DNA of 64,000 bases from Lama guanicoe (Eukaryota). Shown in pieces: positions 53,830 to 64,000 of the stretch. The position numbers and the translations under genes were made by a program. The stretch spans positions 521,988 to 585,987 of the forward strand of contig MU053588.1 of the NCBI GenBank assembly GCA_013239625.1, in the 5' to 3' direction. Numbering within the stretch: the first letter of the stretch is position 1; every line of letters begins with the position of its first letter. The notes under the pieces were generated by a model. It was not told the origin of the DNA and made no database searches. It was given only the letters and a program-made list of their open reading frames with translations.

Positions 53830-54392
53830 TACATATATGTAAATTAAAAAATATATGTGCAGTGAAAAAAAAAAGAGCTATCAAGCCATGAAAGACATGG
53901 AAGAAACTTAAAAAACATATTAGTAAATGGAAGAAGCCAGTCTGAAAAGGCTACAAACTGTACAATTCCAACCAAATGACATTCTGGAAAGGGCACAGCT
54001 ACAGAAACAATAAAAAGATCGTGGTTTCCAGGGGTTTGTGGAGAGGGAGGGAGGGAAGAATGAATAGATGGAGCACAAGGGGTTTTTAGGGCAATGAAAT
54101 TACTCTGTATGATACTACAGTGGTGGCTACATGTCATTATGCATTTGTCAAAACCCATAGAATGTACAACATCAAGAGTGAGCCCTAATGTAAACTGTGG
54201 GCTTTGGTTGATAATTGTGTCCATGTTGGTTCATTGATTGTACCAAATATGCCACATTGATGAAGGAGTTGAGAGGAGGGGAGTATATATCTGTGGGTGG
54301 AGAGGGCTATGTGCAAACTCTGTATTTTCTGCTCAATTCTGCTGGAAACCTGAAACTGCTCTAAAAAATAAAGTCTATTAAAAGAAAAAAAA
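53830..54392 (+). mobile_element. L1MC-type 3' end with A tail
   Basis: GAGCTATCAAGCCATGAAAGACATGGA...TAATGTAAACTGTGG...CTGCTCTAAAAAATAAAGTCTATTAAAAGAAAAAAAA. Confidence 0.8.
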
Positions 54393-54399
54393 AACTGTC

Positions 54400-55086
54400 T
54401 ACTACTACATAACAAGAATTCCCCTTCTTCCCATCTCCAGTGACATTTTCCTCATTTTTTGGTAAACCTTCACTAGTAGGCTCTTCAAAAGCCTCAAGAT
54501 ACCTGCTAACAATATCTTCAAGGCCCATCCAGTTTCCATTCACTTTGTGAACACAGAGCTGCTCTGATATTTTTAGCACTGTTTCAGTAGCAACCTCATT
54601 TAGGTACCAAAATCTGTGTTAGTTATCTCTTGCTGCATTCCCCCAAAACTCAGTGGCTTAAAATCTTGAATGAATGTGTATTTTCCTCTGTTTCTGTGGG
54701 TCATGAATTTGGGGCAGCTAAGCTGGGTGCTTCTGGTGTCAGGGGTCTCATGAGACTGCAGTTACCTAAAGGACTGACTGCGGCTAGAGGGTCTGCTTTC
54801 AAAGACGGCTTAGTCATGCGGCTGGTAAGTTCACACTAGCAAGTTATTTCCTCTCCAACAGGGACCTCTCCATATGCCGCCTGAATGTCCTTGGGACACG
54901 ATACTTAGCTTTTCTCAGAAGAAGGGATCCTTGTTATCATCCAGCTGTGGCAGTCACTTTTGCCACATTATTTTCATTAGCAGCAGGTCACTTAGTGTAA
55001 CCCATATTCAATAGGAGAGGAATTCAGCTTCACTTTTTGAAGGGAGGAATGTCAAAACATTTGCAGACATACTTCAAATCACCACA
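54400..55086. mobile_element. MLT1-type MaLR LTR and adjacent internal fragment
   Basis: GGTACCAAAATCTGTGTTAGTTATC, CAAAACTCAGTGGCTTAAAA, TTCTGTGGGTCATGAATTTGGG, ending AATCACCACA. A similar piece lies at ~50000-50250. Confidence 0.6.
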
Positions 55087-56584
55087 CCTTCCAAGACCAC
55101 TCAGTGATTGTTGTACTCTCAAAAATTAGTAATAAACAAACTTGCTACTGTGATGTACACAGAAATGCTTGTAACCACAGTACATACTTTACCTGTCACT
55201 GCCATTCTACCATCTTACACCCTATGTGTCACTGGCAGAGATAATTATCATCTATAGGCATCATTTGTAAAGTGCTAATCAGGAACACACACACTGGTCA
55301 CACTATGGGGACTGATTAAAGTAATGCTTATAAAACTAAGAGTATCTGGCATGGAGCCTGTGTTCAGTAAACATGAGCTATTGGTATCATCATCATTATT
55401 TGTGTTAATAGTTAATTTTTATGAGTAAGTTTCTAATGGTTTAATTAATTTAGCTCCTTAAAGCCACTTATCTGTTACTAAATTTTACGTAACTTGGGAA
55501 ATAAGCATATGGTTTAGTGTGTGTAAAGACTGTGATAATAGCAACAGTTTATATTCTCTGTTCACAATTTAAGTAGGAGTTACTAACAGAATAGTAAAAA
55601 ACCAAATTGTCCTCTTGGAGATTTTTCCTAAATTTGTAATGTAAATGTTTATTTTCTCAACACTGCCTATTCTAGGTTAATATACTGCATTTGGGTTTTT
55701 TTCCTCCAAAGTTGTAACCCCACTTTTTTATGTCTTTGATTTTTTTCATAATATGTCCAAAGAGTGCCCACATTCTTGATTTGTTTCCTCATGGCATGAT
55801 TTAACTTACTGATCTCTATCTCATTTTTCCTATAAATTAGAAAGTATGTCCAGAAAATTCATTCGGTTGAGATTAAACATTTTTGGCAAGAACATTTCAT
55901 GACTTATTCGTCATACTTCTGAAAGCACAAATGTCAGGTTTTAAAAACTTGATTCATATTGTATTGATACATTCATTTGAAAACAGAATGCATGCAGAAA
56001 ACGAGTATTGAGACAAAATTTTGTTGTTTTCTTTATCTGTCTATCCATGGCACCTATACAATGCCTGTTAAAGGCTAGATAAAGCTTTGGATAGAAGCAA
56101 GAGTTAACTTATGAGGCTGGAACTAAGCAAAATAAACTCTGTGCCAATATTAATAAATCAATAAAACTGGATAGAGATTAATGATTAGGAAGTAAAAATG
56201 TGTTTATTCAGGCCCCTCTGCCCCTGCCCTTTCTGTGGAACATGAACTAAATCAATAAATAAAGTCAGGAAACTAAATGATGACACTATTGTAGAATCAT
56301 GAATAACAACAGGGATTGATAGAAATATGAAGACATTTAAAGTTAACTTAGCCCATGTTTATATCAAAATGTTTACAAATCTGATACATCTTTAGAATGA
56401 ATTACATTTGTAAAAAATGTTGTTTATCAAACATGACCCTGTATGATGTAGGATATCTGAATTTTCAAAAGACAACTGAAAATACAATCTCTGTTCTTAA
56501 AATGTACAAACTAACCACTCATCACTTAAAACATCAAGAAGGATTTTCTTCCTAATAAAAGTTTCCATCCATGGTTACATGTTT

Positions 56585-57530
56585 AATAAAAGCATTTGAT
56601 AAAATTTAACACCCATTTATGATAAAAACTCTTACCAAAGTGGGTATAGAGGGAACATATCTCTACATAATAAGACCTATTTATGACAAATCCACAGCCA
56701 GCTTAATACTCAACGGTGAAAAGTTGAAAGCCTTCCCACTAAAACCTGGAATAAGACAAGGATGCCCACTCTCATCACTTCTATTGAACATAGTAGTGGA
56801 AGGCCTAGCCACAGAAATCAGGCAAGAGAAAGAAACAGAAGGGATCTAAGTTGGAAGAGAAGAGGTAAAATTGTTACTATATGCAGATATGACATGATAC
56901 TATATATAGAAACCCCTAAAAGCTCTGCACAAAAACTACAAGAGCTGATAAAAGAATTTGGCAATGTAACAGGATACAAGATTAATATACAGAAATCAGT
57001 AGCGTTTCTTTACACTAACAATGAAATATCAGAAAAAGAAAGTAAAGAAACAATCCCTTTTAAAATCACATCCAAAAAAAAAAATAAAATACTTAGGAAT
57101 AAATCTGACCAAGCAGGTGAAAAGCTTATGTGGAAAACTACAAAACATTGATTAAGGGAATTAAAGATGACTTAAAGAAATGGAAAGACATCCCATGCTC
57201 TTGGATTGGAAGAATTAATATTGTTAAAATGACCCTAGTACCCAAAGCAATCTACAGATTTACTGCGATCCCTATCAAATTACCCAGGACATTTTTCACA
57301 GAACTAGGACAAATAATCCTAAAATTTATATGGAATCACAAAAGACCCAGAATTGCCAAGGCAATACTGAAGAAAAAGAATGAAGCCAGAGAAATAACCC
57401 TCTTAGACTTCAGACAACACTACAGAGCTACAGTGATCAAAACAGCATGATATTGGCACAGAAACAGACATATGGATCAATGGAAGAGAATAGAGCGCCC
57501 AGAAAAAAATCCACAGACTTATGGTCAATT
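56585..57530 (+). mobile_element. L1 ORF2 (RT region) fragment
   Basis: [51 protein letters not shown] and [17 protein letters not shown], with frameshifts and stops. Confidence 0.92.
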
Positions 57531-58559
57531 TCACTGTGTCATGTGATTAAGCCCCAGTGGGACAGCAGTCACCTCACATGATATGTAATTAGTAGGCTTT
57601 TTCTGAACACATACTACTGTTACTTTTTGCAAAATGAAAAATCTTCCAGCTGAAGCTGTGTGGAATATTTCTAAATGTTTTAAAACTCAATTGATAACTA
57701 TTTAGGCTAACAACAATTTTTCACTCAAGTCAAACTCTAGCTTGAATAGTGTGAGTGTCAGATGTAATTTGTAAACAACAGTCTATAACTGCAGTCATGG
57801 CTTTTATACAATCGGACCTTTACTAAATAGTGCTCTTTACTGTTGTAATTTAAAATCTGATCAACTGGCAATGTAGGGACTGTAACTCCACTTGTCCACT
57901 TAAAAATTTATTTTTTAACTAGCCCACTAAGTATCTTGTATTTTTTGGCCAAACATGTTACTGTGACTTGACTTTCCTATTTATTTCTTTTGTCTGTTTT
58001 CTCAATTTAATGATTTGTAGAATACACACATATACCCTGGATCTTGAATATTGCCAGTTTTAATTATCCAGTCAATTTTTAATTTGTCTAAGTACGAAGA
58101 AATGTAACGAAAAGGTAATGTGACTTCACCCATGTACAATGTTAGTCAACTTAACACTTTATTGGACAACCTAGGCCTTTACCGGGGTGCTAAAAGTTAT
58201 CATTCCCATGTATTATTGAATAGGTTGTCATTACTGCAGGGGACATAAAAGATCCAGTATTCCACCTTCAAGTGCTCACATCAAGGACAGGACGTGATGG
58301 CCAAGGAGTCATACCACTGATTCAACAGGGCGGACACTTCACATACAGGCCTGAGGCTTCTGAAAAGAAGAGCTCCACAGTCCTAATTTAAGGGAAGGGA
58401 TACATTCACGTGCACACACACACAGTTTGACTGGGTTATGAACTCACCTTCAAGAGCTCGCATTCGATGGCCCTCGGCGTCACATTGCTGATTTAACCGG
58501 GCGGACCCCTCACACGCAGGAAGGGCTGAGACCTCAGAAAACAATAGCTCCGCAGTCCC

Positions 58560-59230
58560 CTTCTCAGAATTCGCTAGTGCAGTGTCACCGGACTCGCCTC
58601 CTCCTGGCCCTGGGAACCACCTCAGGTAGGACCGTCAGCGCTTCAGAGATCCGCACTGCGCACGCGCAGCCCAGCGGCCACTCCCAGAAGTCCCCGGGGC
58701 GGCCGCTTTGCTCGGGGACTTTTACGACTCGGGACCCAACGTCCCGTAGTCCGCGAGGTGACTTCTACCTCGAGCTCCTTTTTTTGTGTCCGTTGTTGCG
58801 AACTGCGCGTGAGTAGCACCCGTCCCAGGAAAAAAGCTGCCTGGGTGGCAGCGGAAACGACTGTGCTGACGGAGCGGGAGCCCTCGAGGGACGGTGAGTG
58901 GCGATGAGAGGGGTTTCGCGGGAGGCGCTTAAAGCGTGGAAGCCCCGAGCGCAGCTGCGGTGTCTTCCCGCCCCCTCGCGTCGGTGGGCGCTTGAGCAGC
59001 GCGGGAGGGTGGTTTTATCTGTTTTAGGGTGGGTGCGATTGTGAGACTGTGAAAGTGTGTGTTCGTTCTCGTGTGACGGAGACACCGGGTGCATGTCCTT
59101 TTTTGTGAGCGTGGATCACAGCCGCTCAGAGCTGTCATGTGACATATAGCTCTTTGTCGGCGCTGCTGCTTCTAGTCTTCTCTCAAACGTGTTCGCCTGC
59201 CCGAAAGATACGGGCGCAATTTTGTAATCT
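58560..59230 (+). promoter_or_regulatory. CpG island promoter and exon 1 of a second KRAB-ZNF gene
   Basis: Dense CpG, NRF1-like TGCGCACGCGC (~58656), ZNF143-like ACTCCCAGAAGTCC, and donor ACG|GTGAGT with GT at 58894. Shares exact anchors with the 19.1-19.2 kb promoter flank. Confidence 0.8.
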
Positions 59231-62200
59231 GGTCTTCAGTCCTGCAGGACACCTTCCGGCAAGAAAGTACACACCAGCTGCTGAGATTGGAATTTTAAAT
59301 AAAGAATTGCCCCAGAGACAGGCTCCTAGGAACGTATGGATAGAGACTCCAAGAATAGGATTCCTTCCTCGGATAACTCTCTCTGGAAGTTCTCTGGGGT
59401 TCATTTAAGTACTTGAATGTACTTGAGAATGAAAGTATTTCTTGAGCTCTGATGGCAGAACGCTGCTGTGAACCCTAACACAGATTACTGTGTAATATAT
59501 ATATATATAGTCACAGCGGGTGTAGTAGCCCTGGAGGATGGAACATAATAAGTGCTCAATTCTGTCTTTATTCTATATCATTCACCCTTCAGATTTCATT
59601 AAATCAGTATTGAACATGTAAAGTTAATGTGATGACTGCTTGAATGTCAGAGGACTAGGTGGACTCTAGTTATTCAGAACAAGAATTTTGAATCAGGAGT
59701 CCTTTGTATTTTGGAGCTTACAGGTGACCACAAACCCCTTGTAATTGTATAGAATTACTGCATATATTTGTAAAAATATATTTTTCAAAGGTGTGCGTAA
59801 CTGAAAAGATTAAACCTGGGTAATTGATCTGCAGTCAAAGATTGTTGTACCTTGGGATGGTTTTGCACAAAATTCATGATTATACTAATTGGAATGGTTA
59901 AGAAAATCACATGACATCCATGAGATAGAATATTATGTAGAAAATAATATTTTTGTTTATAAGAACTAGTCACTACAAGGAAAAATGTCTATGATCCTAT
60001 GTTAAACAATCTTCATATTGTAAATAATAGTAATCAAGAAAATTTGAAATTGTATGTGCAGTTTATTTTAAAAAGAAAATTTTGTAAAAACTTTTGCAAT
60101 GGTTATATCCAAAATGATAGTTTTGGTTTTTCAGAGAAGAATGAATGCGTTTAGCCACTTTTATTGAGCATTTTATTTTCTGCGTACCCAGAACTTTTGA
60201 ACCTATTTGGCATGCATATTCACATTAATTTACAAAGGCAATTTCCCTTTCCATTAGAGTACTTATAGTGTAATGTCTCTAATTATATCAGTGCAGGACA
60301 GCTAAAGGATATTCAAGAACAGATAAGTGGTATTTATTTTAATCACGTTGATTTTTTTCGTTGTAGGCCGAGTATTTACAATTTTTTTAACTTATAAATT
60401 TTTTAAATGAAGAAAACATAGCCTCTTCTCAAAGTGATGTCTATAAATGTTTATAATACTTTGAAATATCTTTGTATTTTATTTATGATGATGGAGTTAA
60501 TGCAGGCTTACTGCAAAAAAAAATTTCATTTCCTTAAGGAATATATTGAAAAAAAAAACAAAAATTACCCATAATCTCCCTACCTAGAGATAATAACTTT
60601 AAGAATTTGGTATATATTTTTCCAGTTTTTATTTTTCCATTTTCGTGTGGGTTTTTTTTTTTTTTTGGTGGGAGCAGAAGAAAATTGATCAAATAAAGGA
60701 GACAAAGAGTCCAGCTCTTAGTTCAAAAAAGAAATCTAATCCAATGGTAGGTTTCTTTATACCTCTGTATATGTAGGGAGAAGAGGGACAGGCAGAGAAT
60801 CTTGTTTGAAAAGCATCACAAGTAGTTATACCTTTTAGTTATTCCAAATGTTATTTTAAACTTAATTACCAGGGCACCATATTACTAAGTAAGACATTCT
60901 TTCAGAGTTAATAATTTAGAGATTTAAGATTATTTTCAGAAAAAATAAGACTAATCTCTGATTTCCAGGTGTCTTGCAAGTGCAAACTATATTTCCAAAC
61001 ATAGTTATTATACTAGAAAATAAAGATATTTATAGTCACATAAATCTCTATATTGTGCAGAGAATGAGATTCATTCTCTAGTTAGTAGTCTCAGTTTTAT
61101 CATAACTGTTCTTTGAACAAGTTTATGATTCTGAACAGTTTTTCTTGCTCTCAATAGCTCCTGGGGCCTGAGGAAGGGATCATTTTCTCTTTTCCTGTCT
61201 GATAATCTCCCAGTCTCTCTCTCTTTTTAATTAATGATTTTATTAAGCAGAAATCTGTTTTATCAAATGTAGCGCCTAAAATTTTAAATATTAGAATTAT
61301 AAGAGAAAGTCCAAGAAGCATAAGTTTTAATATAACAAAAACAGGAAGCACCAGAATTAACTTCCTTTTATAATAAAAGATTAAGGAACATAGAATGATT
61401 TTCTTCTTCAATAATGACAGATAATTTACATTAATCAACATAATATACAATTTATATTTATATGGATTACCTTGCCTAGTCTTCAAAATAGTCATATGTC
61501 ATATGTGATACTCTTATACCTGCTTTGCTGATGAGAAAATCTGCATTGAAATATTATTAACTCTCACAGCTCAAAGCTCAATATCACTTCCTAAAAGTCT
61601 GAAAACAGTGCCTTTTTCTTAATTTCAATGGGATGCCACCTCTTAAATTATGCATACCTTTTTAACTTGCCTTCTTCCCAGGGCAATTCCTTTAGTACTG
61701 TTTTCCATCAATTTTATGGTTTAATATCATCCTTATTAAGAATGGCATAGTATGTCGCAATATAGCAGACTGTAATACATTTAACCTATTTGCCTGCTGT
61801 GAGATTTTTATGTTTTTAATTTTGGACTATCAAAAATTATTCTATGATGAACATCCTTATGCAGATACCTTGTGAATGTCTATAGTTATTTCCATTAAAA
61901 TCTTTCTAATAGTGGTATTTTGTAGTAAAAAAAAATAATAATACTTCTGTTAATTGTTTAAAATATTCCAAACCTGGAAAGTGTAATATTTGAAGTAATG
62001 CAATCACTAAAAAGATTCAGTTACTTCCTTCATAATGCTTATAATCTGTGAATGAACTTTAAATCTGAATAGGAATAATTATAAAATAGTGTGTGATAAA
62101 GGCCGCTGCTGAGATTTAGGTGACCTGTCTAAAACAGACATCAGTGTGACTATAGTGACAGTAAGCATATAAACAAACACTGAGCACATGGGATCTGTAT

Positions 62201-63540
62201 GGCAGTAAGTAGATTTTTCGTATAACTTTTGTATCTTGGAGATTTCATTCTAATGATATTAGATGCATGGCTAAATTAACAGGTGAGATAATTCAACTAT
62301 CTAGATGATGTCATGACAGAACTGGCAAGTTTAGAAACAAAATAAATTCTTCTGTCAAAAAGACCTGAAATAAAGCTGTATTGACACTGTCATCACTTCA
62401 CAAAAGAGATTATTAACGGACTGTTCTCCAGTTTTTTTATAGCCAAACTTCCAACATAACTGAGAAGAAATGATAAAATAAGTTCAGGTATTGGAATCCA
62501 AAGGAAACAAGATATAAGCCATTTAGTAAAATGATCTGAATTTATAGAACAGAGAACTTTGTGGAAGTCTTCACCTTCACAAATTATAAAAAACACACAC
62601 ATATTTCAAGTTCCTATGTCAGTTGTTACAATGATTATAAAGGAAACTTGAAAAAAAAAAAAGAAGATCTAAGCAAAAAGATAGGGATTGCTGATGTCAT
62701 GTTCTGATCATGACAAAGGCATATTTTATGTCTTCACTAGTCTTATTTGATTGTTTCATGTATGGACTAAAAACAACTAAATGCACAGTGACTCATTTCT
62801 AAAGACACCACCCAAAAACCAGAATAATACAAAACAACCAAAAATAAAGAGCTGTTAATATATGGCCATATAAATTTCCAGACTTCTCTGTCTTCTGTTT
62901 TATGAATGTCTGCCATTCTTCTCTCTGTATCCTTAAATATTCTTCCCAATTCAGCATTTAATAACTACTTTGTATTCTAGTATAATGTTGGTCTATCTCG
63001 TATTTAACTAGTAAGCTTGCTGGACTCAGACTGCTGAACATTCCTTGTCCATCTCTAATATTTTGATCAACTTCACCCACTTTCAAGGCCACAAAAGAGG
63101 TTCTGGTTTAGATGATGTGGTCTTTTTTCTCTCTTGAGGTTGGGAATGGAAAGAGGAAGTTCTGCTCAGAGCAGGACAGAGCTGCCCAATCTCAGGTTCT
63201 TCTCAGCCTCATCACAATGGTACATTGGCCAGAAAATTTTCTACTGGAATATTTGGATCTGGCTTCAATGCAGAAATGACTGCAGCTGAGGTCCCTGGGA
63301 ATTGAGTGAGGAAATGGATCTGTCTGGAATCCTAACTTATCCAAGTTGTGTGTGATGCGAGGTGATTCTGAGTCTGGAATGGAAGAGCATAAGTGATAAT
63401 ATTAACTTGAGTCCAGTGGGCAAACACTAAAACACATCTGGTCTCAGGGTCTTTCTCTTCTCCCAGGTCTGGGTTTTCTGGACTCTGCTTTTCTGGTAGA
63501 GGAACCCGGAAGTTTGATCAGCTCTTGCAGGCCTAAAAAC

Positions 63541-63549
63541 ATGGCCCAT
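63541..63549 (+). CDS. First coding codons (MAH) of a second KRAB-ZNF gene; exon 63467-63549, remainder beyond the window
   Basis: Acceptor ctttctcttctcccag| at 63466, TGATCAG motif, AAAAAC ATG GCC CAT|GTAAGTTG. Paralogous to the ZNF573 start exon. Identity (for example ZFP30 or another neighbour) cannot be decided from three codons. Confidence 0.65.
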
Positions 63550-64000
63550 GTAAGTTGATGTTTCTCTCCTTGTTGAAACATGTGTGTGTTTTTTTAGGTC
63601 ATGTAAGTATTTTCATTAATTTTCTTCAAGTTTCCTAAGAGAAAGTTTCCTCAAATGACCTGTTTCCTAGTTATTATTTCAGAGAAATATGTGGCCTATT
63701 CTAAACTAAATAGTATTCATGTAATTATTGACCAAATTATTCAGCATCTTTTAAGTGCCCATTCTTTAATTAAGGACAATAAGTGCTTTGAAGTTAGGGT
63801 TTGTGCTATGCAGGTAAGATCTGTAGTTTGCAGATGGAAACTATGGTTCTATTTAACTATCCATGATAAGACTTTGAAGTTTTCCACAGACCTGAGATTT
63901 CTAGGTAGATGAGGTGAAATTTATCACTGAATGATCTTAATATGATGTGAAATTTCATGCTTTGTATGGATTAGAATATGATTGGGGCTTTTAACATGAA

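Overview
This is eutherian mammalian genomic DNA, probably camelid, judged from Vic-1-like tRNA SINEs and no recognisable Alu or BovB elements. It comes from a KRAB zinc-finger gene cluster. The main feature is a complete + strand ZNF573-like locus: CpG promoter ~19.4 kb, start exon 30246-30333, KRAB-A exon 31618-31742, KRAB-B exon 32703-32798 and a 16-finger exon 47768-49219. The gene is disabled by a 2-nt deletion in KRAB-A, a +1 frameshift after finger 6, a nonsense codon in finger 14 and five lost zinc ligands, so it is a probable unitary pseudogene. A second, paralogous KRAB-ZNF gene starts at a CpG island at ~58.6-59.2 kb, with its ATG exon at 63467-63549, and runs out of the window. The rest is mostly repeats: ERV solo LTRs, a near full-length Tigger1 with a nested LTR, young and old L1s, SINEs and MLT elements. 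Less obvious structure includes a degenerate three-copy promoter-like tandem repeat at ~3.6-6.9 kb, an extra orphan ATG exon at 25.6 kb, a uORF overlapping the ZNF573 start and an unidentified possibly coding relic at ~10.8-11.5 kb. I see no evidence of a prokaryotic-type or clearly novel biological system. Gene and repeat names rest on recalled sequences, not database searches.
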